Positions 29,920-38,965 of a stretch of 64,000 nt of DNA are shown here, one piece after another. The position numbers and the translations under genes were made by a program. Under the pieces are notes generated by a model, which was not told the origin of the DNA, ran no database searches, and saw only the letters and a program-made list of their open reading frames with translations. Numbering within the stretch: the stretch's first letter is position 1; each line of letters opens with the position of its first letter. The stretch is from Candidatus Aenigmatarchaeota archaeon (GTDB lineage Archaea > Aenigmatarchaeota > Aenigmatarchaeia > CG10238-14). Location of the stretch: assembly GCA_026414305.1 (NCBI GenBank), contig JAOAJH010000005.1:1612-65611 (forward strand), in the 5' to 3' direction.

Positions 29920-30398
29920 TTTCTATACCTCTTTATTAGCAATGCTATTAAAGCAAGCAAAGCAAAAACAATTGGAATTGCATAAATATAATTTGTTTGC
30001 TTTTTCTCTGTGCCTGAAACTATCATTGTTATCTCAGACTGCAAAGCTATTGGAACTGTGCCTTCGGCTTGATAAGCTGCGATTATTGCTCCATTGTATA
30101 CACCCGGTTTGTTTGTAGTGAGAGTGAAATTAACCTGCTCTGTCTGGTTTGGCTCAAGTTGAATCCTGTTAATTATATTTATTTTGTCAGTGATGTTTCC
30201 TGTTGTTGTGAATGTTACATTTACAGTAAAATTGTTTGTGTTCCTTACCTCAACAAATCCGTTCCATACGCTTGTCTCTGTTAAGTTGATTCTTGCTATC
30301 ATCCTTGGTGGTCTTATGTAAACGTCAAAAGCATAAACAGCAGTAATTGTAAGCAGCAAAAATGCAAGCAAAAATATCTTTGTTTTCATACACTTCAC
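29916..30398 (-). CDS. Small secreted protein with C-terminal TM plus basic tail (sorting-signal-like)
   Basis: Signal peptide. Ends AIPIVFALLALIALLIKRYRK. Coupled to the upstream gene by a 4-nt overlap. Confidence 0.5.
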   Translation of the reverse strand: MKCMKTKIFLLAFLLLTITAVYAFDVYIRPPRMIARINLTETSVWNGFVEVRNTNNFTVNVTFTTTGNITDKINIINRIQLEPNQTEQVNFTLTTNKPGVYNGAIIAAYQAEGTVPIALQSEITMIVSGTEKKQTNYIYAIPIVFALLALIALLIKRYRK

Positions 30399-30512
30399 AA
30401 CTGAAGTATAGTAACAAAATTAAAGATTTAAATTTTAGTTGTGAAAATCTAATAGAAAATGATTTTCTATTTAGTTCAAACAAAATATATTTTTCAAAAT
30501 TAAATTTGTTTT

Positions 30513-30977
30513 ATGTCAAAAATTTTTGAAAAGCTTATTGATCTACTCTTAGAGAAAAGGGTAGATTTTGAAGTGATGGCTCATCAGCCTGTTGAAACAT
30601 CTGAGCAGGCTGCTTTGGTGAGAGGAACTAGTTTGGAAAGCGGCGCAAAGGCAATTGTAGCAAAGCTCGATGATTTTGTAATGCTTGTTTTGCCCTCTAA
30701 TTTAAAATTGGATTCATCAAAAATCAAAAAATTGTTTAAAACAAAAAATTTCAGGTTTGCTGATGATGATGAATTGTTAAAGCTGACTGGGTGCAAAAAA
30801 GGTGCAGTCCCGCCTTTCGGCATGCTGTTTGGGCTGGAAACTGTTGTTGATGAAAAGTTGCTTGATCAAAAAGAAATCAATTTTAATGCGGGAGCAAACG
30901 ACAAATCAATAAAAATGAATACGAAAGACTATGTAAAAATATTAAAACCAAAAATAGAAAAAATAAGCCAAGATTAA
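30513..30977 (+). CDS. ybaK: YbaK/ProX-type aminoacyl-tRNA deacylase domain protein
   Basis: 154 aa. HQPVETSEQAALVRG...GAKAIVAKL...GAVPPFG matches the YbaK editing domain pattern. Confidence 0.6.
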   Translation: MSKIFEKLIDLLLEKRVDFEVMAHQPVETSEQAALVRGTSLESGAKAIVAKLDDFVMLVLPSNLKLDSSKIKKLFKTKNFRFADDDELLKLTGCKKGAVPPFGMLFGLETVVDEKLLDQKEINFNAGANDKSIKMNTKDYVKILKPKIEKISQD

Positions 30978-32470
30978 TATCTTTTTTTGCTGTCTTTTAG
31001 TGCCCTTTCCCTTATTTCCTTGATGACCTTGTTTCTTATTTTGTAATTATCTTGCTTTGGCTGCTGCTCGACTTGCTTTACTTCAGGCTCTTTTAGCTTT
31101 ATCTCAACATGATCCTGCTTGTAATCATACTCGCTTTCCTCGACTGCATAAGCTGTCCCTTTTTTTCTTGCGTATTTGCTGTCATTCAACAAAGGTAATG
31201 TTACCAATGCTATTATCAGCACAACAGGTATTGCCAATGCGTACCAATATGTTTTTGCCAAGTCCAAAGCTGAAACAAAAAATCCTGTAGGCTTTGTTTC
31301 CTGCGTCATCGTTGTTGTTGTTACAGGTGTTGTTACAGGTGCTTCAACTTTTTCTGTAACTGCCAATGTCAATGCCTTTTCATAATTTACATTTGTCTTT
31401 GCTACAAGTTTTAGCACATATGAATCTTGCTTTGCATTTTCAGGCACTTTTATTGTTATTGTCAAATTAACTGTTTCTCCTTTTGCAATAGTTTGCATGC
31501 TGCTTGGTTGAATAACAAACCAGTTGGCATCAACATCAGCAACTTGGAATCTTACATCTGTCAGATCCTTTGCTGCATAAAATGATGCTTTGATCTGTTT
31601 TTCGCCGTTTGCTGGAACTTGGACAAACGAAGGCACATCATAAAACCCTGTTGATTTTCCTGAGCTGTCACCGGATGAACTGCCTGAGCTGCCGCTTGAG
31701 CTGCCACCGGATGAACTTCCTGAGCTGCCGCTTGAGCTGCCACCGGATGAGCCACCGCTTGATGGATTACTTTGAATTGTTGTGGTCGTGGTTGTTGTAG
31801 TTGCTGTAACTGTTGTTGTGGTTGAAGAAACTGATCTACAATAACCTGTTGTCGGACTGCCTACCCATTCGCAACCTGGGACCATAGGACATGTTGTAAA
31901 GCTTCTTCCTGTACAAGATGATTGTAGGGTTGTTGTTGTCACAGTAAATGGTGTTGTTGTGGTTGTTTGCTGCTGCGATGTTGTTTCAACTGTTGTTGTG
32001 GTCACTGTTGAACCTGAACCAGTACAGTAACCGCTTAAACCTATTGTTATCCATGTACATCCAGCTGATCTACATGCAGAAGAGCTTGTGTAAGATGAAC
32101 AGCTGCCTGAAGACTGTGTTGTCGTTGTTGTATAGCCACCTGAGCTGCCACTTGATGCAAACATTGGGCATTCAATGCTTGCTGAAAAATTATTAACTGT
32201 GTCAGTGTATGTCACAAACAATCTTATATAAGTGTCTGTTGGTGCTCTTAGCTGAACTATCTGTTCGCCACCAACTGGAATTGTAAAGCCGTTTGGTGAT
32301 GCTGAAACAGATGTTCCTGCTGTATTGATGAATACTCTAACAGGTATTGCGTCAAAGTTTCTAAATCTATAATCACCTGGTGCTACAGGTGAACCGCAAC
32401 TTGCTGTTACTGCTAATACTGGGTTAACTAAAATCAAAACCAATACTGCAAATAGCAAATATTTTTGCAT
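30974..32470 (-). CDS. Membrane-anchored surface protein: beta domain, two four-Cys CxW[VI]G modules, poly-Thr and Ser/Gly linkers, second beta domain, TM and cytoplasmic tail
   Basis: Modules CSSYTSSSACRSAGCTWITIGLSGYC and CTGRSFTTCPMVPGCEWVGSPTTGYC. Poly-T stretches. TM YWYALAIPVVLIIALVTLPLL. Confidence 0.55.
   Translation of the reverse strand: MQKYLLFAVLVLILVNPVLAVTASCGSPVAPGDYRFRNFDAIPVRVFINTAGTSVSASPNGFTIPVGGEQIVQLRAPTDTYIRLFVTYTDTVNNFSASIECPMFASSGSSGGYTTTTTQSSGSCSSYTSSSACRSAGCTWITIGLSGYCTGSGSTVTTTTVETTSQQQTTTTTPFTVTTTTLQSSCTGRSFTTCPMVPGCEWVGSPTTGYCRSVSSTTTTVTATTTTTTTTIQSNPSSGGSSGGSSSGSSGSSSGGSSSGSSGSSSGDSSGKSTGFYDVPSFVQVPANGEKQIKASFYAAKDLTDVRFQVADVDANWFVIQPSSMQTIAKGETVNLTITIKVPENAKQDSYVLKLVAKTNVNYEKALTLAVTEKVEAPVTTPVTTTTMTQETKPTGFFVSALDLAKTYWYALAIPVVLIIALVTLPLLNDSKYARKKGTAYAVEESEYDYKQDHVEIKLKEPEVKQVEQQPKQDNYKIRNKVIKEIRERALKDSKKRY
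31659..31752. repeat. 36-bp tandem repeat (about 2.6 copies) inside the Ser/Gly linker of the 30974-32470 gene
   Basis: cctgagctgccgcttgagctgccaccggatgaactt at 31683-31718, again from 31719, with a partial copy upstream. It encodes SSGGSSSGSSGS repeats. Confidence 0.55.
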
Positions 32471-32591
32471 GTTTTCACCGTTCTTTTATCACTTTAAAGA
32501 AATAAAGATTTATATTTTGTTTAAAAATTTAATAGAAAAGTTTTTTATAAAAAAAGAAAAAAAAGAAAAAAGCTATTTAGTTCTAGCGTCT

Positions 32592-33683
32592 CTAGATTGC
32601 TTTACCGAATACCAAGATTTGGCCATTTGTGAATGTACCAACACATGGCATTGGGTAAGTCAATTTGAACTCAACTTCTGCAAGTCCACCATTTGTCAAA
32701 GCATTGTCCCATGCACCTGGTGAAGATACATGATCACCGTTGCCGACAAATGTCAATGGACTACCACCATAGCATGTGTTTTGGCTGAAATCAATTGCGC
32801 AAAGTGCATTCTGGTTGTATTCTGTCATTTGTCTCCAACCTTCTTCACCTTGCCATTGTGTTCCAGACCAACCTCTGTATTTCATCCATTGCTCGATGTC
32901 AATCTTGTTTGTTACTGGACATTTTGAAGCGCCGTTTGGATCATATAGGTCTGTACCAGCGATATAGACCCACATGTTAACGCCGCCTTCAGCAATGTTT
33001 CTTACTTGCAGTCTGTTCAATGAGTGAACAGTTCTTTCTTCTTCTGTATCTGCGCCATAAGGCATTTGTTCAAATCTTATTGGTTGTCCATCATTTGTGG
33101 AAACACTCAATGCGAGAGATGGGTTGAAAAACCATGTCTCTACGTGTGTTCCATCTGTTGGAACGTTTGCAGAGTTGTATGCTGTCAATTTGACTTCCAT
33201 TGGGCCATACCATTGTGGCTCAACAGTTATCAAGCAGTGGAAAGCCTTGTCTGTTGCTTGATCGCCGTATAGGCTCAACTCACCCATACCATTGCAAGAG
33301 GAAACCTCTGGATATGATACTGGGTTACACAAGACTTCTGGACTGCCGCCAACTCTTGCTTTTAGGAAGCCAATGTCCAATGCACCGTTAGGATCTCTGA
33401 CTACTGCATAAAATTCTATTTGCTCGCCTGTAAAGGCATATGAGCTGACTCTGTAGTCAAATGGATTTATGCTTGCGCCAGATCCTATTTGTGCATCTGT
33501 TCCTAGTATTATGTTTCTGTCATAAACACAGACTCTAGGTGTTTGATCACCTGGGCCTGCGCCTGCACCTACTGAACCAACTGCAACATCTGCTGCAACT
33601 AATCCTAGAGACATTGTAGCTAGAACCAAAGATAGTACAATTGTTGTCAAGTACTTCATTCTTTGGTACACCTCCAATGTCAT
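32592..33683 (-). CDS. Secreted hypothetical protein (beta-rich)
   Basis: N-terminal signal/TM. 363 aa with no recognised catalytic motif. Confidence 0.45.
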   Translation of the reverse strand: MTLEVYQRMKYLTTIVLSLVLATMSLGLVAADVAVGSVGAGAGPGDQTPRVCVYDRNIILGTDAQIGSGASINPFDYRVSSYAFTGEQIEFYAVVRDPNGALDIGFLKARVGGSPEVLCNPVSYPEVSSCNGMGELSLYGDQATDKAFHCLITVEPQWYGPMEVKLTAYNSANVPTDGTHVETWFFNPSLALSVSTNDGQPIRFEQMPYGADTEEERTVHSLNRLQVRNIAEGGVNMWVYIAGTDLYDPNGASKCPVTNKIDIEQWMKYRGWSGTQWQGEEGWRQMTEYNQNALCAIDFSQNTCYGGSPLTFVGNGDHVSSPGAWDNALTNGGLAEVEFKLTYPMPCVGTFTNGQILVFGKAI

Positions 33684-33872
33684 TAGAAAATAGTTAATTA
33701 ATTAATTATTTAAGCTTAATTCGGCAGAAAATAAAAGATTTTATCTATTAAAGTAAGAAAAATTCTTTTCTTAATTAAATAAACATTTTTTTCACTTTTT
33801 ATTAATTATTTTTCTATATTTTACTGCTTTTATTTCTCATTTTATGAAAAATTCATAATCACTCTTTGATGA

Positions 33873-34520
33873 TTAACTGCATCTACCAGCATAAGCATTG
33901 AACAAGCAGATGCCAAAAACAGAGCTTATGCATCTTCTCTCGCAAAAGCCGCTGCAGCAATCTTGATTGGCTTGGCATGCATCGCCTCTTGTTTTGCATT
34001 GCTGTGAAAATATTGTTGTTGTGGCTGTCTGCGTTGTTTGCAATGTTGTTGTCAAAGTTGTTTGCATGTTATCGCTGCAATATCCTGACAATGGGTTGCC
34101 TATCCAAAAACAGTTTGGCAACGAAGTGCATGTCATAAAAGGTCTGTTTCTGCAGCTGATCAAAGTCGTCGTAGTTTCTGAAGCGGTCGTCGCGGTTGTT
34201 GTTGTAGTGGTCGTCGTTTCGCCTTGAATTATTTTAAAGCCTTTAAACAAACCGGCGCCTAAAGAAACATCGCCTGGTAAAAATCTAAAGCCAAATGATG
34301 CGTTTACATGATTTTCATATCTGCATATGCCTGGCGAGCATTCTTTGATAAACTTTGGTGGATCTATTTCTCTGTTCATTGAATCTACGTATTGATACAA
34401 CTCACATTTTATAGCATCATTAGGGCATACAAAAGTCGGTGTTGTTGTGTAAGCAGAATACATTTCAACTTGCAAAGCCATTACTGCTGGAAATATAAAC
34501 AAAAGCAATATCCATCTCAT
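33873..34520 (-). CDS. Secreted protein with poly-Thr linker, one CxWIG four-Cys module and a knottin-like Cys-rich C-terminus
   Basis: CRNRPFMTCTSLPNCFWIGNPLSGYC. Two Thr stretches (TTTTTTTATTASETTTT). C-terminus CKTRGDACQANQDCCSGFCERRC. Confidence 0.5.
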   Translation of the reverse strand: MRWILLLFIFPAVMALQVEMYSAYTTTPTFVCPNDAIKCELYQYVDSMNREIDPPKFIKECSPGICRYENHVNASFGFRFLPGDVSLGAGLFKGFKIIQGETTTTTTTTATTASETTTTLISCRNRPFMTCTSLPNCFWIGNPLSGYCSDNMQTTLTTTLQTTQTATTTIFSQQCKTRGDACQANQDCCSGFCERRCISSVFGICLFNAYAGRCS

Positions 34521-34630
34521 GTTTTAGTTTATGTAATGTTAATGATTTATTGAAGTATGGAAATTTAATAGAAAACAAATCAATATACATAATTTTGTCA
34601 ACAAATCTAAATTTAATTAATATTTAATGT

Positions 34631-34725
34631 GTTTCTGGTCCAAAAACGGATTCTCTTGGAGTTTCTCTTTGACGGATTGTATCATAAGGCATTAAATTTG
34701 TTTCTGGTCCAAAAACGGATTCTCT
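34631..34725. repeat. Two copies of a 26-27-bp direct repeat (GTTTCTGGTCCAAAAACGGATTCTCT) separated by about 43 bp, intergenic
   Basis: Copies at 34631-34657 and 34700-34725. Flanking similarity extends a few bases (atttaatgtg / attaaatttg). Confidence 0.5.
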
Positions 34726-34817
34726 AACCATAAAAATGATTCACCTCTAAATGCTTTATGTTTATAAAATATTTAGAAAAAACAAAAATATATAATACTT
34801 ATTAATTTTAGTATAAT

Positions 34818-35729
34818 TTATAGAACACAAACTGTTTCCCAATCTAAACAAACAAGTCTCAGCCATCTTTTACAAATATTTGAACAAACTGTTGTGGTGG
34901 TTGGAGTTATTTGTGTGGTTGTGGTGGTTGTTGATGTAGTGGTTGTGGTGGTTGGATTTTCTGGTTTTGCAGCACAATAACCAATTCTCATATCACCCAC
35001 CCATCTACAATTTGAATTTGAATTGCATTGCCACAAGTTGAGATTTCTACAAATATCTATACTTGGTGTTTGAATTGTGGTGGTTGGAGTTGTGGTTGTT
35101 GATGTCGTGGTTGGAGTTATTTGTGTAGTTGTGACGGTTGTGGTGGTTGGAGTTGTGGTTTGTGTTGTTGTTGGTGTGGTTGACGTGGTTAATGTAGTGG
35201 TTGTTGATGTCGTGGTTGGATTTGGAGTTTGATAAATTGATCTACAATAACCGCTAAACATATTTCCTACCCACTCACATCCTGACAAAGAAACACATGT
35301 GATAAATCCTTTTCCAGTACAATTTGCATATGGCACAATAGTTGTTGTTGTGACAGGTGGTTGAGTTGTATCTACCGGTATGTATCCACCTTCAGGCAAA
35401 GCATAATAGTTACATATCAAAACAGATGAAAAACCGTTTGACAAATCTGTAGAAGTCACGCTTAGCCTGTCATAAACAGCTGTGTAAGCCCTGAATGATA
35501 TTACCATGCTCTGACCAGGTTCTAGATAAAATGTGTTTGACGGATAAATAGAAATAAGAGAAAATCTGTTGTCAATGTAATATCTATATCTTGCGGTTTC
35601 ATTATTTGTGAAAATGTAATCCCCCGTAAATACACCATATGGCATATGTGGACGACCGCATGTTACCGTAACAGCAGAAACAGATGAAATCATCAGCATG
35701 ATCAATAGCAAAGCATAAACATATCTCAT
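34818..35729 (-). CDS. Secreted protein with two CxWVG four-Cys modules separated by poly-Thr linkers
   Basis: CTGKGFITCVSLSGCEWVGNMFSGYC and CRNLNLWQCNSNSNCRWVGDMRIGYC. Confidence 0.5.
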   Translation of the reverse strand: MRYVYALLLIMLMISSVSAVTVTCGRPHMPYGVFTGDYIFTNNETARYRYYIDNRFSLISIYPSNTFYLEPGQSMVISFRAYTAVYDRLSVTSTDLSNGFSSVLICNYYALPEGGYIPVDTTQPPVTTTTIVPYANCTGKGFITCVSLSGCEWVGNMFSGYCRSIYQTPNPTTTSTTTTLTTSTTPTTTQTTTPTTTTVTTTQITPTTTSTTTTPTTTIQTPSIDICRNLNLWQCNSNSNCRWVGDMRIGYCAAKPENPTTTTTTSTTTTTTQITPTTTTVCSNICKRWLRLVCLDWETVCVL

Positions 35730-36106
35730 AATTCAAAATTAAAATTAAACTATTTAAACAGAGATAATGTTACTTGAAGGTAGATTTGATTTTTTCTATT
35801 TCAATAAACATTAATTATCATTTGATATAAGATTAAAATGGCTTAAAATTTTTTATTTCAAAAAAAACAGAAATCTAAATCAATCTTTCAATTTCAATGC
35901 ATTAACTAGAATCTCTATATCAATCTTTTTCTGGCAGTGAGGGCATGTCAAATCCCAAAACACATCAAGCTGTTTTTGCATTTATATTACCTTTTTAATA
36001 ATTGGAATTATTCTTGGCTTAAAGATTAATGGAATTTTAATAGAAAAAAATTTAATGTTTTAATTATTTGATAAAATTTAAAAAAATTATTAAAGTAAGA
36101 TAAATC

Positions 36107-36901
36107 ATGAGGAGTGTTTTAATACTTCCAACAAAAAATCCTATAATTGATGAAAACTCTAAAATAAGCTTTTGTGAAAAAATGATCAACTTGATAAAAT
36201 ATTTCAAAGATAAAAAAATGGATATATCTATAATAGACAATCAAAGCAACGATTTGTCAAAAAAAACTTTCAATGAATTTAAAGAAATGTTGTACATCTA
36301 TAGCGTAGACTTTGGTGATAATCCATCAATTCTTGATATTTTAAGAAGAAATTTTGAAAAAGGTAAATTTGCTACAGTCAGATATGGTTTTAACTTGTTT
36401 AGTGATCGTGATTTTATCTTTTTCAGTGATGGTGATTTATCATATTTGTCAGATACGTCGGTCATTGACAGATCTTTAGAAATACTTGAGAAAGGTGATA
36501 CAAAAATAGTCAAAGGTAACAGAAACACTGGGGGTTACAATTCAAAAAGAAGTTTTTCAAGAAAATTAATAACTTTGGCAAGAATATACACATTATTACT
36601 TGTTACTAAAGTTCCCGACACACAATGTGGTTTTTTTGGATTCAAAAATGAACCTTATATAAAAAGATTGTATTTGTATAGAAATGATGAAAAGGAGATT
36701 CAACTAAAAAGATTATGGTCTGGTTTATGTGGAGATTGGAAATTTTTTTCAATATCTGAAAAACTAGGATATAAAATAGAAAATATACCTATATATCACT
36801 ATAATACTGGAAGCGCATCTAACATAAATTTATTAAGAGATATACCTGTTTTTATTTATGAAATTTTAAATTTTTTAAAATCAAAAGGGGATTATTTATG
36901 A
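36107..36901 (+). CDS. Divergent GT2-like glycosyltransferase
   Basis: DGDLSY (DxD-like) and DTQCGFFGFK resembling the D-x-Q-C-G-F-K of DPM1-like GT2. Confidence 0.4.
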   Translation: MRSVLILPTKNPIIDENSKISFCEKMINLIKYFKDKKMDISIIDNQSNDLSKKTFNEFKEMLYIYSVDFGDNPSILDILRRNFEKGKFATVRYGFNLFSDRDFIFFSDGDLSYLSDTSVIDRSLEILEKGDTKIVKGNRNTGGYNSKRSFSRKLITLARIYTLLLVTKVPDTQCGFFGFKNEPYIKRLYLYRNDEKEIQLKRLWSGLCGDWKFFSISEKLGYKIENIPIYHYNTGSASNINLLRDIPVFIYEILNFLKSKGDYL

Positions 36902-37557
36902 ATAAAAATATGTTTTTCAGCAAAGATATTTTTTGTGAACACTACAATGGTGGAGGAAAACTAATAGTATTTTTTCCAGGATTTCCAAGCATGCCAACAA
37001 CACCAGAATTCATAAATAACAGGATTAACATAATAATGCCAAGGTATCCAGGTAGCTGGGAAAGCAATGGAAAGTTTTCACATAAGAATAATATAAAGCA
37101 AATGATAAATTTGTGCAAATCACTTGAAAATAAAATAATTATTTTATCATGCAGCTACGGCTCTCTTGTTGCCTCAGAAGTTATAAAAAAAATAGGAAAA
37201 ATAGTTGACGTTCATATAATGGTTACGCCTTTTCTTGGATGTAAATTTGATTTGTCAAAGGAAAAAAGCAAAGTTGAAAAATACATGAAAAATGTATATA
37301 GATTTGAAAAATCTTTTGATGACTTTGAAAGAGAAATAACCAATGCTAATGTTAAAATTAGTGGAAAAAATTATGTAATATTATGTTCTCAAGATCAAGA
37401 AATAAACGAATGTTTTTATGATGTTATGAATAAGAGTGATGCTGATATTAAAGTTGATATTGTTCAGGCAAAGCATGGGTATGATGCTAACATTAAATCA
37501 ATGCCACTTATATTGAGGTTTTTGAATGAGTATCAAGGAGATCAAAAAGTTGATTAA
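36898..37557 (+). CDS. Putative alpha/beta-hydrolase-fold protein
   Basis: Possible nucleophile elbow LSCSYGSLVA. Weak call. Confidence 0.3.
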   Translation: MNKNMFFSKDIFCEHYNGGGKLIVFFPGFPSMPTTPEFINNRINIIMPRYPGSWESNGKFSHKNNIKQMINLCKSLENKIIILSCSYGSLVASEVIKKIGKIVDVHIMVTPFLGCKFDLSKEKSKVEKYMKNVYRFEKSFDDFEREITNANVKISGKNYVILCSQDQEINECFYDVMNKSDADIKVDIVQAKHGYDANIKSMPLILRFLNEYQGDQKVD

Positions 37558-38965
37558 AATAAAAAAAATATCAAGAATGAGATCAAGGACAATTTTTAAA
37601 TTATCTGAACTTATCGGATGTGATAGTGAAAATCTAATCACAACAAGTTTTCATCCACGAGCATCAGTAACTAATTCTCATATTACAGAAGTTCTGATTT
37701 TAAATTTAATTTACCAATACACTAACTTAGAGCCAACATTATTTGGTTTTACATTTGACACACCTTATAAAACAGGAGAAAGAAAAGATAGATCTCCCGT
37801 GATAATTCCTTTCGACAATTATTATATAACTTTGAGGTCCCCTAACAAAATAGGAGGTTTTCCTATATCGCTATCTGCATCTTTAACGGAAAATGAAATA
37901 AGCAGAATTAATTTGGAAACCAAAAGAATAATTAGTGAAAATGGGAAATTGTTACAAAAATATCTAGACAATATACAGTTCGGGCATGTTCTGTTTGACT
38001 TGAGAAGACATGGAACGAAAAAACTAATTGAAAAATCTTGTCAGCGATCAGATATAATAAAAAAGATTTATCTCGATTCAGCAAAAAATAGTACAAATTT
38101 GGGTGATTCTATAACCAAAATTAATTTAGGGCTTCTTCATTTCAATAATTTTAGAATTTATGGCATGCCATTTGATTTGATTATTAAAAATTTTCCTGAA
38201 ATAGCAATTAGTTCAGTAAAAATGTATCCTGAACTGTTTCAGCATATATGTTCAGATGCAAAAAGGTATCCGATATATCTATATTCAAACACAATAAAAT
38301 CAGAATGCCCCAATGGTTGCGTTTTTTCAACCGATAATTTTTTGGAAAGCATAGGGAATAATTTTGTTCCAACAGGTCTCATGTGTCTTGTTTTTTTATC
38401 AATATTTTCGGACCACACAATATGTGGGTCATTCATGAAAGATTATTACATTCAAAATTTACCAAAAGCTAGAGAAATAGCTAGAAACCTTGGTTATGAT
38501 ACTGATTTAAAGATAATAACATTTGAAAGAAATAGATGCGTTCAAGCATACGGAACTTATGACATAGTTTCATTTTTAAATACAATGAGCAATTTAGGAA
38601 GAAACTTTTACCTTAACGGATATATTACAATACCAGAGGATGTAGAAGAGCATCAAAAGTGGATTGAAAGCTATATAAAAGAAAAGAAAATAACTGAAAG
38701 AATAAACGATTTTGAAAGAGATAGTGAATTGACAAGACATTTTTTAGGTTTATTCAATAGGTCTATTTCAAGACCAACGCTTTATGAAATGAGCGTATTT
38801 GGTATAAAACCATATTATGATGGTAATATAATAGTTTCTCAAAAAGGCGAATATTGGACATGTAACATTGAAACTGAAAACAAAGCTATCAGTCAAGGTA
38901 AGTATTATTCATATGATACATCGATAATGCAACCTTGTTATTTTCCTCTAGAATTACAAATTTAA
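37526..38965 (+). CDS. Hypothetical protein, 479 aa
   Basis: Long ORF with coding-like composition. No motif recognised. Confidence 0.35.
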   Translation: MSIKEIKKLIKIKKISRMRSRTIFKLSELIGCDSENLITTSFHPRASVTNSHITEVLILNLIYQYTNLEPTLFGFTFDTPYKTGERKDRSPVIIPFDNYYITLRSPNKIGGFPISLSASLTENEISRINLETKRIISENGKLLQKYLDNIQFGHVLFDLRRHGTKKLIEKSCQRSDIIKKIYLDSAKNSTNLGDSITKINLGLLHFNNFRIYGMPFDLIIKNFPEIAISSVKMYPELFQHICSDAKRYPIYLYSNTIKSECPNGCVFSTDNFLESIGNNFVPTGLMCLVFLSIFSDHTICGSFMKDYYIQNLPKAREIARNLGYDTDLKIITFERNRCVQAYGTYDIVSFLNTMSNLGRNFYLNGYITIPEDVEEHQKWIESYIKEKKITERINDFERDSELTRHFLGLFNRSISRPTLYEMSVFGIKPYYDGNIIVSQKGEYWTCNIETENKAISQGKYYSYDTSIMQPCYFPLELQI

